In this document: positions 18,639-29,135 of the stretch, piece after piece
Position numbering within the stretch: position 1 is the first letter of the stretch
Layout: every line of letters starts with the position of its first letter
NCBI GenBank assembly: GCA_049973045.1
Contig: JBMFJZ010000001.1
Span: 120,073-184,072 of the forward strand
Direction: 5' to 3'
DNA length: 64,000 nt
Source of the DNA: Bacteroidota bacterium
Lineage (GTDB): Bacteria; Bacteroidota; Ignavibacteria; 0-14-0-80-59-12
Notes under the pieces: model-generated
What the model saw: the letters and a program-made list of their open reading frames with translations, nothing else
Database searches by the model: none
Told to the model about the DNA's origin: nothing
Translations under genes and position numbers: made by a program

Positions 18639-21110
18639 ATGCTAATGAAGCATCTTGAATCCCTTGCAGCGCCGAAACAGGTAGATGAGGCAGCGTTAAC
18701 ACAGCGTTTACGGGTAACGATTCGTGGCGCTGTACAGGGCGTAGGTTTTCGTCCTTTTGTCTATCGGGTTGCGACCGAGTTAGGTCTCTCAGGCTGGGTC
18801 AGTAATTCATCACAGGGTGTCTTTATTGAAGTAGAAGGCAACCAGCGGCAACTGGAGTTATTCCTTCAGCGGATCAGGCAAGAAAAACCACCTCGATCGT
18901 TCATTCAGAGTCTGGAATCCTCTTTTCTTGATCCAATTGGCTATACTGCATTTGAAATTCGTGAGAGTACTGCTACTGGGAAGAAGACAGCGCTTATACT
19001 GCCAGACATTGCCACCTGTTCAGAGTGTCTGCAGGAAATTTTCGATAAAGCAAATCGACGGTATCTTTATCCGTTCACCAATTGCACAAATTGCGGTCCT
19101 CGCTTCAGCATCATTGAGGCATTGCCATATGACCGCCCCAACACGACGATGCGAAACTTCCAGATGTGCGATGAATGCAAAGCTGAATATGAAAATCCTC
19201 TGGATAGGCGTTTTCATGCTCAACCCAATGCTTGTCCCCGGTGCGGTCCTCATCTTGAGCTGTGGAATCACAATGGGCATGCTCTTGCGATGCATCATGA
19301 AGCTTTGCTTGCGGCTGCTGATGCTATCCGAGAAGGGGCGATTGTTGCACTCAAGGGTTTGGGAGGATTTCACCTGATTGTTGATGCTCGTAATGAAGAA
19401 GCGGTAGTTAGACTGCGGCAGCGCAAACACCGTGAGGAAAAGCCCCTTGCTCTAATGCTCCCCTCACTTGATGCGGTGAAAGCCGTTTCTGAAGTTTCTG
19501 ATCTTGAAGAGCAACTTCTGCTGTCCCCGGAATCTCCTATCGTGCTCTTACATCGTAAACCGATGAGTGCGCGGATGCGAAATTCAGATTTCGGCATCGC
19601 ACCTTCTGTTGCTCCTAACAACCCGAACCTTGGAATCATGCTTCCTTATACTCCGCTGCATCATATTTTGATGTCGGAGCTGCGCTTCCCGATTGTGGCA
19701 ACGAGTGGAAATCTTTCTGATGAACCTATTTGCACCGATGAATACGATGCACTTGAACGACTTGGTAAAATTGCAGATTTGTTTCTTGTCCACAATCGAC
19801 CCATTGCTCGTCATGTTGACGATTCTATTGTTCGTGTGGTTATGGGGCGTGAGCTTGTATTGAGGCGCGCTCGCGGTTATGCACCGCTCCCTTTACCTCT
19901 CGGTCGCGTAAACATGAAAGCATATCCAAAGGAAGGATCTGCGCGCTCTTTTCTTGCGGTGGGAGCTCACTTGAAAAATAGCGTTGCAGTTTCCTCAGGT
20001 CATGAAGTTTTCATCAGTCAACACATTGGTGATTTAGAGACAGTTCAAGCGTTCAATGCCTTTAAACGTGTGGTTGAAGACATGGAGCATCTCTATGAAT
20101 TGCAACCGAGCGTGGTAGCATGCGATGCTCATCCTGACTATCTTTCAACTGGATTTGCTGAACAACATGGTTTGCCACTGATTCGCGTTCAGCATCACGA
20201 GGCACATGTTCTCTCCTGCATGGCTGAAAATGAGCTCGATGGAAGAGTCTTGGGAGTCTCCTGGGATGGCACCGGCTACGGGTTGGATGGCACGGTCTGG
20301 GGAGGTGAGTTCTTGCTGACAGAGTGGGATTCCCCTGATGATGAAGGTCGGGATGCTGAACCGCCCGGGGCGGAAGTTGTAAAGGTATTTTCAACATCCT
20401 CACGGGTTGCCCATCTGCGTCCATTCATGCTTCCCGGAGGAGAGAGGGCGATTAAAGAGCCGCGTCGGACTGCTATCGGAGTCCTTTATGAAATTTTCGG
20501 TGATGAACTCTTTGATAGCGAAAGAGTTTCTGACGCTTCCGATCTTGTCGGGATGCTACCGCTCCGGGCTTTTTCAACCCATGAGCTCCACGTTTTGCAA
20601 ACAATGCTGAAGAAGAGACTTAATGCCCCCGTCACCTCAAGTGCTGGGAGGCTCTTCGATGCAGTTGCAGCAATTGTTGGGCTGCGTCAGGAAATAAAGT
20701 ATGAAGGGCAGGCTGCAATGGAATTGGAGTTTGCCCTTGATGGAGTTTCAACGGAAGAAACGTATCAATTCACCACCCGTGGTGGAAATTCCACAATGAT
20801 TGTTGATTGGGAACCTATGATACGTGGGATCATTAATGATCTCCATTGCGCTATACCCGTGGGGCATATCTCAGCAAAGTTCCATAACACTCTAGCTGAG
20901 ATGGTTGTTGACGTTGCTAAGTCTGTGGGGGAAGAACGGGTTGTTCTTACAGGTGGATGTTTTCAAAATCGTTATCTTACTGAGCGCGTAATTCTTAGAT
21001 TACGAGCAGAAGGCTTTAAGCCTTACTGGCACCAGCGGGTTCCACCGAACGACGGTGGCATTGCATTGGGTCAGGCAGTTGCAGCTACTTGTTTTGTAAG
21101 GGAGCACTAA
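18639..21110 (+). CDS. hypF: Carbamoyltransferase HypF
   Basis: VQGVGFRP, CTNCGPR zinc fingers, HHEAH, DGTGYG, PPNDGG. Confidence 0.97.
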   Translation: MLMKHLESLAAPKQVDEAALTQRLRVTIRGAVQGVGFRPFVYRVATELGLSGWVSNSSQGVFIEVEGNQRQLELFLQRIRQEKPPRSFIQSLESSFLDPIGYTAFEIRESTATGKKTALILPDIATCSECLQEIFDKANRRYLYPFTNCTNCGPRFSIIEALPYDRPNTTMRNFQMCDECKAEYENPLDRRFHAQPNACPRCGPHLELWNHNGHALAMHHEALLAAADAIREGAIVALKGLGGFHLIVDARNEEAVVRLRQRKHREEKPLALMLPSLDAVKAVSEVSDLEEQLLLSPESPIVLLHRKPMSARMRNSDFGIAPSVAPNNPNLGIMLPYTPLHHILMSELRFPIVATSGNLSDEPICTDEYDALERLGKIADLFLVHNRPIARHVDDSIVRVVMGRELVLRRARGYAPLPLPLGRVNMKAYPKEGSARSFLAVGAHLKNSVAVSSGHEVFISQHIGDLETVQAFNAFKRVVEDMEHLYELQPSVVACDAHPDYLSTGFAEQHGLPLIRVQHHEAHVLSCMAENELDGRVLGVSWDGTGYGLDGTVWGGEFLLTEWDSPDDEGRDAEPPGAEVVKVFSTSSRVAHLRPFMLPGGERAIKEPRRTAIGVLYEIFGDELFDSERVSDASDLVGMLPLRAFSTHELHVLQTMLKKRLNAPVTSSAGRLFDAVAAIVGLRQEIKYEGQAAMELEFALDGVSTEETYQFTTRGGNSTMIVDWEPMIRGIINDLHCAIPVGHISAKFHNTLAEMVVDVAKSVGEERVVLTGGCFQNRYLTERVILRLRAEGFKPYWHQRVPPNDGGIALGQAVAATCFVREH

Positions 21111-21112
21111 CC

Positions 21113-21352
21113 ATGTGTCTTGCAGTTCCGGGGAAAATCATAAGCATTGGTGAAAGTGGTGATGCCGGCTCGTTGATGCGATTTGGGAAAGTAAGTTTTG
21201 GCGGCATTGTAAAGGACGTCAACCTTGCCTACGTGCCCGAAGCGAAAGTTGGCGACTATGTTATTGTCCACGTGGGATTTGCCATAAGCATTGTGGATGA
21301 AAAGGAGGCTGAACAAGTGTTTGAATACCTGCGCCAGATGGATGCTGAGTAA
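21113..21352 (+). CDS. hypC: Hydrogenase assembly chaperone HypC
   Basis: [18 protein letters not shown]. Confidence 0.97.
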   Translation: MCLAVPGKIISIGESGDAGSLMRFGKVSFGGIVKDVNLAYVPEAKVGDYVIVHVGFAISIVDEKEAEQVFEYLRQMDAE

Positions 21353-21366
21353 TTGTTGCGAGGTTT

Positions 21367-22518
21367 GTGATGAAATTTGTGGACGAGTATCGCGATGCCG
21401 AGACCGCTGAGCAGTATGTTCGTGCCATAGCACGGATTACAACGAAGCCCTGGACAATAATGGAAATCTGCGGAGGACAAACTCATACCATTGTAAAATT
21501 TGGTGTAGATGAGATGTTGCCGAAGGAGATTACGTTGGTGCACGGTCCTGGCTGCCCCGTGTGCGTCACCCCCATCGAACTAATTCAGAAGGCGATTGAA
21601 ATCGCCTCTCGTCCCGACGTCATTTTCTGTTCTTTTGGCGATATGCTGCGAGTTCCGAGCGGTGTAGAAAATTCCAGAAGCACTCCTGCTGATCTCCTGT
21701 CTGTTAAAGCAATGGGAGGCGATGTTCGTATTGTCTATTCCCCGTTGGATGCTCTTAAGATCGCACAAGAACATCCAACCAAACAGGTAGTTTTCTTTGC
21801 CGTGGGTTTTGAAACGACTGCGCCCGCAAATGCTATGGCGGTCTATCAAGCAAGGCAACAGGGAGTCAAGAATTTCTCTCTCCTCGTTGCTCATGTCCTT
21901 GTGCCTCCAGCTATGGAGGCGATTCTTTCTTCACCGGAAAATCAAGTGCAGGGCTTTTTGGCAGCTGGACATGTCTGTACTGTGATGGGGTACACAGCGT
22001 ATGAACCGATTGCTCAGAAGTATCATGTGCCAATTGTTGTCACTGGCTTCGAGCCGTTAGACATTCTGCAAGGGATATACATGTGTGTCAAGCAGTTAGA
22101 GGAAGGACGGGCGGAGGTGGAGAACCAATATTCACGCTCTGTGCGTCGAGAGGGGAATCAAGCTGCGCAGGATATTATGCGTCAGGTGTTCCGCGTCATT
22201 TCCCGGAAGTGGCGAGGAGTGGGGGAAATTCCGCAAAGTGGATTAGGTTTGACTGAAGAGTATGCTGAGTTTGATGCGGAAAGGCGTTTTGGATTGGCAG
22301 GCTACAGTGTAGAGGAGTCTCCGGAGTGTATTGCAGGACTGGTGCTTCAAGGTGTGAAGAAACCTCACGATTGCCTCGCCTTCGGGACCATGTGCACACC
22401 AGAGCACCCGCTTGGAGCACCTATGGTTTCTTCCGAGGGTGCTTGTGCGGCGTACTATCGGTATCGAGGGCTGAGTTCGCAGCAGATCACATCCGCTACA
22501 AAGAGAGCGGATAAGTAG
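21367..22518 (+). CDS. hypD: Hydrogenase maturation protein HypD
   Basis: [26 protein letters not shown]. Confidence 0.97.
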   Translation: MMKFVDEYRDAETAEQYVRAIARITTKPWTIMEICGGQTHTIVKFGVDEMLPKEITLVHGPGCPVCVTPIELIQKAIEIASRPDVIFCSFGDMLRVPSGVENSRSTPADLLSVKAMGGDVRIVYSPLDALKIAQEHPTKQVVFFAVGFETTAPANAMAVYQARQQGVKNFSLLVAHVLVPPAMEAILSSPENQVQGFLAAGHVCTVMGYTAYEPIAQKYHVPIVVTGFEPLDILQGIYMCVKQLEEGRAEVENQYSRSVRREGNQAAQDIMRQVFRVISRKWRGVGEIPQSGLGLTEEYAEFDAERRFGLAGYSVEESPECIAGLVLQGVKKPHDCLAFGTMCTPEHPLGAPMVSSEGACAAYYRYRGLSSQQITSATKRADK

Positions 22519-22581
22519 ATTTCTGTTGAAGTGAGTTCAACGCGAGAAAAAGAAGGCTGAAGCTTTTCGGGGTTATTTTTT

Positions 22582-23649
22582 ATGGAACAAAGTTCTGAAT
22601 TTACTTTATCGTGCCCGATTCCAATCGAGGAATATCCTCACGTCCTCCTAGCTCACGGCGGGGGAGGGAAGCTTATGCACCAGTTGATCGAGAAGATGTT
22701 TATCCCGACATTCAATAATTTGCTTCTAAAAGCGCAGCACGACGGTGCCGTTTTTGATCTCAATGGGATCAGGCTTGCGTTCACAACAGATTCCTATGTA
22801 GTCAAGCCACTCTTTTTCCCAGGAGGAGACATTGGAACCTTGGCTGTCTATGGAACAGTGAACGATCTGGCTATGTGTGGGGCGCAGCCCTTGTATCTCA
22901 GTGTAGGGTTCGTCCTTGAAGAAGGGCTTTCAATCGAAGCGCTCTGGCGTGTTGTACAATCGATGCAGCATGCAGCAGAAAATGCCCACGTTCAACTTGT
23001 CACTGGCGATACTAAAGTCGTTGACAGAGGGAAGGGGGATGGGATATTTATTACAACAGCAGGCATAGGGATCATTGAGCATGAACTTGTTATTGCACCT
23101 CATTCGGTGCGGGTCGGCGATGTCATTTTGCTGAATGGTGACATAGGTAGACATGGGATCGCAATTATGGCGGAGCGGGAAGGGCTTGCTTTCGAAGGTA
23201 GGGTTGAAAGCGACTGCGCTCCTCTTGCCAGCCTGGTGCTTGAGCTTCTTGATGCCAAGCTTGAAATTCACTGTCTCCGCGACCTAACGCGGGGTGGTTT
23301 AGCGAGCGCTTTGGTGGAAATTGCACAGACTGCTCACGTTCATATTAACATTGATGAGGGTCTGATCCCAGTCTGTGAGGAAGTGCAGGGTGCATGTGAA
23401 ATCCTTGGTTTCGATCCGATCTATGTAGCAAATGAAGGGCGCTTTGTGGCTTTCGTTGCACCACATGACGCTGAACGAGCCCTGGCTATCATGCGAGCCC
23501 ATCCATCAGGAGCGAACGCACAGATCATCGGTAATGTGGAGCCAATTGAAGGACTTCCCTCTACTGGTATTGTAACGATGAGAAGCAAAATCGGTGCAAG
23601 GCGCGTTGTTGACATGTTGAGTGGGGAGCAATTGCCGCGGATTTGTTAG
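22582..23649 (+). CDS. hypE: Hydrogenase maturation protein HypE
   Basis: HGGGG, DSYVV, GDTKVV, RDLTRGG, C-terminal PRIC. Confidence 0.97.
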   Translation: MEQSSEFTLSCPIPIEEYPHVLLAHGGGGKLMHQLIEKMFIPTFNNLLLKAQHDGAVFDLNGIRLAFTTDSYVVKPLFFPGGDIGTLAVYGTVNDLAMCGAQPLYLSVGFVLEEGLSIEALWRVVQSMQHAAENAHVQLVTGDTKVVDRGKGDGIFITTAGIGIIEHELVIAPHSVRVGDVILLNGDIGRHGIAIMAEREGLAFEGRVESDCAPLASLVLELLDAKLEIHCLRDLTRGGLASALVEIAQTAHVHINIDEGLIPVCEEVQGACEILGFDPIYVANEGRFVAFVAPHDAERALAIMRAHPSGANAQIIGNVEPIEGLPSTGIVTMRSKIGARRVVDMLSGEQLPRIC

Positions 23650-23762
23650 TTTTTGGGGGATGTGAATATTCACGCCATTTCATGAGTTTCCTCATAGATT
23701 GCAATCCATTCTCAAATTTCTTACTTTAATTTTAGCTGTTGTCTCAATAGCCCGGAACTGAA

Positions 23763-23779
23763 TGGCGCTTACAGCGCCA
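23763..23779. repeat. Palindrome TGGCGCT-TAC-AGCGCCA
   Basis: Same 7-bp arms at 52478..52494; degenerate copy at 24715..24731. Confidence 0.55.
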
Positions 23780-23794
23780 GGGGTCGAATAGCTC

Positions 23795-24073
23795 ATGAAT
23801 GAAAAGCTTTACTTTAAAACCAACAACATAGAAATATACAATGACGATTTTATAACCACCCGGTGCATTGAAGAAAATTCAGTAGATTTAATTGTAACTT
23901 CGCCCCCTTATAATGTGGACATAAGATACAATTCTTATGATGATAAAATCCCGTATGACGTTTATCTCGAGTTTACAGAAAGGTGGCTTGAAAAGGCCTA
24001 TAAACTTTTAAAGGACGATGGGCGTTTCTGTTTAAACATTCCGCTGAGAAAGAGCGATGGAGCTAACAACTAG
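23795..24073 (+). pseudogene. Truncated beta-class N4/N6 DNA methyltransferase (N-terminal part only)
   Basis: DLIVTSPPYN and GRFCLNIPL, then the frame ends without the DPFxGSG motif; visibly AT-rich. Confidence 0.85.
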
Positions 24074-24311
24074 AAAAATAAGAAAGGAACTAGAGGAGAT
24101 TTATAAAGAAAGCCGTAGCTGGGACGGGGGAAAGGGACCCTTTACGAGAGCGGCGATAAGACGGAGAGAGTTAATTTTGATGAAGCAGCAAGTTCTCTAC
24201 CGACTGGAAGAGGCGAAGCTTCAGAAAAACAAAGTCTTTGAATCTTTCTGTCTTGATGTGTTGAAGACAATAAACAAGCATTTGAAAGAACTGCGAGATG
24301 AAGTTTCCTGA
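24057..24311 (+). CDS. Small basic hypothetical protein
   Basis: 84-aa ORF in the AT-rich patch, overlapping the MTase fragment; no family recognised. Confidence 0.5.
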   Translation: MELTTRKIRKELEEIYKESRSWDGGKGPFTRAAIRRRELILMKQQVLYRLEEAKLQKNKVFESFCLDVLKTINKHLKELRDEVS

Positions 24312-24384
24312 TCTGTTAAGGCTTTATGAAAGGTTCAAACTGAAATATGGAGCATATACAATAACCGTCTGTGTGACTTCGTAA
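24298..24384 (+). pseudogene. Possible N-terminal remnant of a BsaWI-like restriction endonuclease
   Basis: MKFPDLLRLYERFKLKYGAY then stop; resemblance from memory only. Confidence 0.3.
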
Positions 24385-24396
24385 GAAGGGCAAAAG

Positions 24397-24636
24397 GTGT
24401 TGCTTGATAGAAAAATTGTAAAAGAATTTTTGGAAGAAGCCTTGGAAGGAGTGGAAATACCTAGGGATATTTCTTTTAACAGTTTGGTAGAAGCCTTCTG
24501 CAGATATACCGAGAATGATTGTTACGAGTGGCTGAAAGATAACTACCGAAGTTTCTTTCATTCCCTTCCCGAGGGCAAAACGGACTGGAACTGGATACGG
24601 GAGAGAATTAGAGACTATCTAAGTGAAGAAAAATGA
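24397..24636 (+). CDS. Small acidic hypothetical protein
   Basis: 79-aa ORF with protein-like composition; no family recognised. Confidence 0.5.
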   Translation: MLLDRKIVKEFLEEALEGVEIPRDISFNSLVEAFCRYTENDCYEWLKDNYRSFFHSLPEGKTDWNWIRERIRDYLSEEK

Positions 24637-24878
24637 TAAAAGAAAATGGTAAATTCTGTGACGTAGGTTGTTATATCTGTCACATATATGAAATCGATAG
24701 CTATATGAACGGCGTGGCGCTCTTAGCAACAAAGACCAATCATGAGTAAGTCGAAACCTTCGCCTAATACAACATATATTCTTTTGGTTGTTGCTCCCTT
24801 TGGGCACAGCATCGTATGTGTTGATATCGGTAGCTGAAATATGTGGCGTACACAAGTTGAAGGAGAGAGTGTTTTTAT

Positions 24879-26525
24879 ATGCGAAAAGAGATCATCATTA
24901 ATGCGGCAGCCGACGAGGTCCGCATTGCGATTACGGAGGATGGAAAGCTTGCAGAGTTCTTTGCTGAAACTCCCGAAAAAGACCGAATGGTAGGGGATAT
25001 CTACCTCGGGAAAGTAGCCCGAGTTATGCCCGGTATCAGAGCTGCCTTTATTGATATAGGTCACAAGCAGGATGCCTTTCTTCATTTCTCAGACATTGGA
25101 CGTTCTCTGAGTGAATACTCATCTCTTATTGGAGATGATTCTGACATAGAAACGGAGGAGGAAGCTGAAACTGAGCTTATTGGTGTAGAGGCTCAGGAGG
25201 AGCATGCGGCATCTTTGTACAAACCGCGTGGCTTAGAGCCTTCGTCACTTCGAGTGGGGGAACCTGCTGGTGGCGGGCAGCGCACAGAACTTGAGGCTGT
25301 TCATCTCGAGCCCGGGCAAGATATTATCGTGCAAGTCACAAAGGAACCGGTAGGGAATAAAGGTGTACGGGTCACATCCGAGGTTTCACTTCCGGGGAGG
25401 TTTCTCGTTCTCCTGCCATTTGATGGTAAGATAGGGGTTTCGAAGAAGATCACAAACTACCGCGAAAAGCGTCGCCTACGTCGCATTGTCCGGGGGATTC
25501 TTCCTGAAGGGTTCGGAGCGATTATCCGAACAGTTGCGGAAAAGCAAGATGAAGATGCGCTGAAGACCGACCTCAAACGACTTCTTTCGACATGGAATGA
25601 AATACAACGAACGGTGAAAACCGAAACGCCACCAGCGCTTCTGTACAAAGATTTGAGCACTACATCAAGCGTCATCCGTGACCTATTTAACAGTGAAGTG
25701 GCAAGAGTGGTTGTTGACTCGAGGAAGCTTTACCACGACATCACAGCGTATGTTCGTGGGGCATCACCAGAGATGCTCGATCGTATAGAGCTGTATCGAG
25801 GCAAAGAGCCGATCTTCGATGCCTTCGGGATCGAAAAGGAGCTCCAGACAGCTTTTTCACGGAGAGTCCCTCTTAAAAGTGGAGGATACATCATCATCGA
25901 GCAAACCGAAGCGATGGTGGTGATTGATGTGAACAGTGGGCGGTATGCAGCCCGTCGTGAACAAGAATTGAACTCTTTGCGCACAGATCTCGAAGCTGCG
26001 CGTGAAATTGTCAGGCAATTACGGCTGCGTGATATCGGTGGAATCATTGTCGTTGATTTCATTGATCTGGAAGATGAGCGCAACAGGAAAAAGGTATATG
26101 ATGAACTTCGAAAGGAATTTCGAAGAGATCGTGCAAAAACCACCGTTCTCCCAATGACGGAGTTTGGTCTTGTGCAGATAACGCGCCAGCGCATACGGCA
26201 GGGAGTTATGCGTACGTTCACGGAACCGTGCCCATGCTGCGGAGGCAGCGGTGTTGCTCTCTCGAAGGGGACAGTTGCTAATCAGATTGAGCGATGGATA
26301 AGACGTTTCAAAACTGAACATCGCGAGTTCCGCCTCGTTCTTCGTGTGAATCCTGTAGTTGCTGAATATCTTGGTGAAGGAACCATCAGTCGGCTCACGA
26401 GAATGATGCTTCGATACTTCATCTATATCAAAGTAGAACCTGATCCTTCATTACCTGTGCATGAGTTTCGTTTCTTCTCTCACCGCCAGAAAAAGGACAT
26501 CACCGATGAGTACAAAGGAACATAA
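24879..26525 (+). CDS. rng: Ribonuclease E/G family
   Basis: [38 protein letters not shown] Zn-link. Confidence 0.95.
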   Translation: MRKEIIINAAADEVRIAITEDGKLAEFFAETPEKDRMVGDIYLGKVARVMPGIRAAFIDIGHKQDAFLHFSDIGRSLSEYSSLIGDDSDIETEEEAETELIGVEAQEEHAASLYKPRGLEPSSLRVGEPAGGGQRTELEAVHLEPGQDIIVQVTKEPVGNKGVRVTSEVSLPGRFLVLLPFDGKIGVSKKITNYREKRRLRRIVRGILPEGFGAIIRTVAEKQDEDALKTDLKRLLSTWNEIQRTVKTETPPALLYKDLSTTSSVIRDLFNSEVARVVVDSRKLYHDITAYVRGASPEMLDRIELYRGKEPIFDAFGIEKELQTAFSRRVPLKSGGYIIIEQTEAMVVIDVNSGRYAARREQELNSLRTDLEAAREIVRQLRLRDIGGIIVVDFIDLEDERNRKKVYDELRKEFRRDRAKTTVLPMTEFGLVQITRQRIRQGVMRTFTEPCPCCGGSGVALSKGTVANQIERWIRRFKTEHREFRLVLRVNPVVAEYLGEGTISRLTRMMLRYFIYIKVEPDPSLPVHEFRFFSHRQKKDITDEYKGT

Positions 26526-26539
26526 AGACAGAGGGTTAT

Positions 26540-27184
26540 ATGAAATTCTTTATCGATACAGCTAACATCCATGAGATCAAGGAAGCAGCTGAACTTGGGG
26601 TCCTTGATGGTGTGACGACGAACCCGAGTCTTGTTGCCAAAGAGGGGAGAGATTTCCGCCAGCTCATCGAGGAGATATGTTCCATCGTGGATGGACCTGT
26701 TAGTGCTGAAGTTATATCCACCGATGTAGCGGGAATGGTTCGTGAGGCTCGCGACCTTTCACAGCTCCATAAAAACATCGTTGTGAAGATTCCTCTCATC
26801 AAGGATGGGTTAAAGGCGGTCAAGCAGCTTTCTTCGGAGGGGATTCGAACGAATGTCACGCTTTGCTTCTCAGCGCCTCAGGCAATTCTTGCGGCGAAAG
26901 CGGGGGCAGCATTTATCAGCCCATTTGTGGGTCGCCTTGATGATATCAGTACCAGCGGAATGGAACTCGTGAAGCAGATCGTCACAATCTACAGGAACTA
27001 TCAATTTAAAACCGAAGTGCTTGTTGCAAGTGTGCGACATCCACTTCATGTTGTGGAAGCAGCAATGATGGGCGCTGATATTGTCACAATGCCGTTTAAG
27101 GTCATTGAGCAAATTATCAAACATCCTTTGACCGACATTGGCTTAGAACGGTTTCTTGCTGATTGGAAGAAGATGCAAGCCTGA
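26540..27184 (+). CDS. tal: Transaldolase / fructose-6-phosphate aldolase family
   Basis: [31 protein letters not shown]. Confidence 0.93.
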   Translation: MKFFIDTANIHEIKEAAELGVLDGVTTNPSLVAKEGRDFRQLIEEICSIVDGPVSAEVISTDVAGMVREARDLSQLHKNIVVKIPLIKDGLKAVKQLSSEGIRTNVTLCFSAPQAILAAKAGAAFISPFVGRLDDISTSGMELVKQIVTIYRNYQFKTEVLVASVRHPLHVVEAAMMGADIVTMPFKVIEQIIKHPLTDIGLERFLADWKKMQA

Positions 27185-27196
27185 AAGGCTATTGAG

Positions 27197-28312
27197 ATGA
27201 AACGTACACCATTTTATAACATTCATCGCCGGCTTGGAGCAAAGGTCGTAGAATTTGCCGGGTTTGAGATGCCACTCCAGTATTCGAGCATCATTGAAGA
27301 GCATCTTTGCGTGCGGAATCATGTTGGAGTTTTTGATGTTTCTCACATGGGTGAGATTGAGATTAGTGGTTCCGAAGCAGCGGAGTTCCTCCAGCGTATG
27401 ACGGTGAATGACATATCGAAGCTTTTCGATGGGCGCGTGCAGTATTCAGCGATGCTCTACGATGATGGAGGAATTGTTGATGACCTCCTGGTCTACGAGT
27501 TCAGTGATCATTTTATGCTGGTGGTGAACGCTGCCAACAAGGACAAGGATTTTGCCTGGCTTCAATCGCATGCCCAAGGTGATGTTCATGTAAAAGATTC
27601 AAGTGATGAAGTTGCTCTTCTCGCTGTTCAGGGTCCGAAGTCGCTCGCTACCCTCGAACGCATTTCATCAGTTGATCTATCGGCGTTGAAGTATTATCAT
27701 TTTCTAAAAGGAACAATTGCTGGAGTTGAGGCGACCATTTCTCGAACTGGATATACTGGTGAACTTGGTTTTGAAATTTACTTCGAAGCTGATAGCACTG
27801 CAGCAGAGAAGGTCTGGAACGCGGTCATGGACGCCGGATCGGAATTTGTCATTAGTCCGGCTGGCCTTGGCGCTCGAGATACTCTGCGTTTGGAAATGGG
27901 GTATTGCCTCTACGGGAATGATATTGACGCCACCACAAATCCCCTGGAAGCTGGCTTGGACTGGATCACAAAAATGGGAAAGGGGGATTTTGTCGGGCGC
28001 GATGCTCTCGTGCGGATTCAGCAATCCGGCATACGCAGGAAATTAATAGGATTTGTAATTGATGATCCCGAACGGGGAAAAAGGGCTTTCCCACGGCATG
28101 GTTATGATATTGTGATGGCTGAGGCACCACATGAGAAACTTGGTCATGTGACCAGCGGAACATTTTCACCGGTTCTTCAAAGAGGAATCGGCATGGGCTA
28201 TGTCAGAAAGGAGTTTGCGGAACCAGGTACAATTATTGCGGTGGACATTCGTGGCAACCCCGTGAGAGCACGTGTTGTTCATCTCCCATTTGTTGATAGA
28301 AAACCATTTTGA
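27197..28312 (+). CDS. gcvT: Glycine cleavage system T protein
   Basis: FDVSHMG, SRTGYTGELGFE, GLGARDTLRLE. Confidence 0.97.
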   Translation: MKRTPFYNIHRRLGAKVVEFAGFEMPLQYSSIIEEHLCVRNHVGVFDVSHMGEIEISGSEAAEFLQRMTVNDISKLFDGRVQYSAMLYDDGGIVDDLLVYEFSDHFMLVVNAANKDKDFAWLQSHAQGDVHVKDSSDEVALLAVQGPKSLATLERISSVDLSALKYYHFLKGTIAGVEATISRTGYTGELGFEIYFEADSTAAEKVWNAVMDAGSEFVISPAGLGARDTLRLEMGYCLYGNDIDATTNPLEAGLDWITKMGKGDFVGRDALVRIQQSGIRRKLIGFVIDDPERGKRAFPRHGYDIVMAEAPHEKLGHVTSGTFSPVLQRGIGMGYVRKEFAEPGTIIAVDIRGNPVRARVVHLPFVDRKPF

Positions 28313-28320
28313 GTGAATCG

Positions 28321-29073
28321 ATGAAAATTGACGTTTATTTTACGCCGGCGCATGTTGACGAATCACAGATTCGCGACCGGGTTGTTGTGGTCATCGATGT
28401 TCTTCGTGCTGCGACTTCGATTGCCACTGCTCTTTTCAATGGGGCACGAGAAATTATACCGGTTCAGGACGTCGAAACAGCTCTGAAGATCCACAGTAAT
28501 CTCGGCGAAGACGTTGCGCTTCTCTGCGGCGAGAGGAATGGAAAAATAATCGAGGGGTTTGATCTGGGAAACTCTCCGTTGGAATATTCCCGCGAGAAAG
28601 TCGAGGGGAAGGTGTTGATCTTCAGCACGACTAATGGAACAGTTGCGATCACAAAGGCTAAGCAATCAAAAGAATTGGTCGTTGGAAGCTTTGTCAATTT
28701 GAGCGCCGTTGCCAAATATATTTCAGATCGGCCTGAAACAGATGTGGCAATTATCTGCGCCGGCAAATTAAACATGTTCTCTTTGGAAGATGCTGTGTGT
28801 GCTGGTATGATCATAGACCAGTTAGAGGTTCAGATGAGTTTGCCTGTTGCCCTTGCGGACGGCTCACGGGCAGCACAGGTGCTCTATAAGCGGTTTGAGC
28901 GGTCGATCTCAAAACTTCTTCAAACAACCGATCACGGCAAATACCTAAGCGAGATCGGCTTTGAAAAAGACCTTGAAGTCTGTGCGACTGTCGACTCAGT
29001 CCCCGTTCTCCCCGTGCTTGTGGACAACAGAGTTCTTAAAATCTACCAATCGCGGGAGGATACGGAGCGGTAG
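28321..29073 (+). CDS. comB: 2-phosphosulfolactate phosphatase family
   Basis: VIDVLRA, GER, GNSP, TTNGT, LEDAVCAG. Confidence 0.92.
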   Translation: MKIDVYFTPAHVDESQIRDRVVVVIDVLRAATSIATALFNGAREIIPVQDVETALKIHSNLGEDVALLCGERNGKIIEGFDLGNSPLEYSREKVEGKVLIFSTTNGTVAITKAKQSKELVVGSFVNLSAVAKYISDRPETDVAIICAGKLNMFSLEDAVCAGMIIDQLEVQMSLPVALADGSRAAQVLYKRFERSISKLLQTTDHGKYLSEIGFEKDLEVCATVDSVPVLPVLVDNRVLKIYQSREDTER

Positions 29074-29135
29074 AGCAGCTGCGCATTGACTCAGCTCTGA
29101 AAGGTGAGTTGCCAGAGGGGAATGCAAAATAAGAT

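Noticed and set aside
13135-24880. Intact integrative element at tRNA-Phe
   Set aside because: No integrase and no repeat of the tRNA 3' end found by eye.
28321-29073. comB as evidence of coenzyme M synthesis
   Set aside because: No comA/C/D/E here; stand-alone ComB-family phosphatases are widespread in bacteria.
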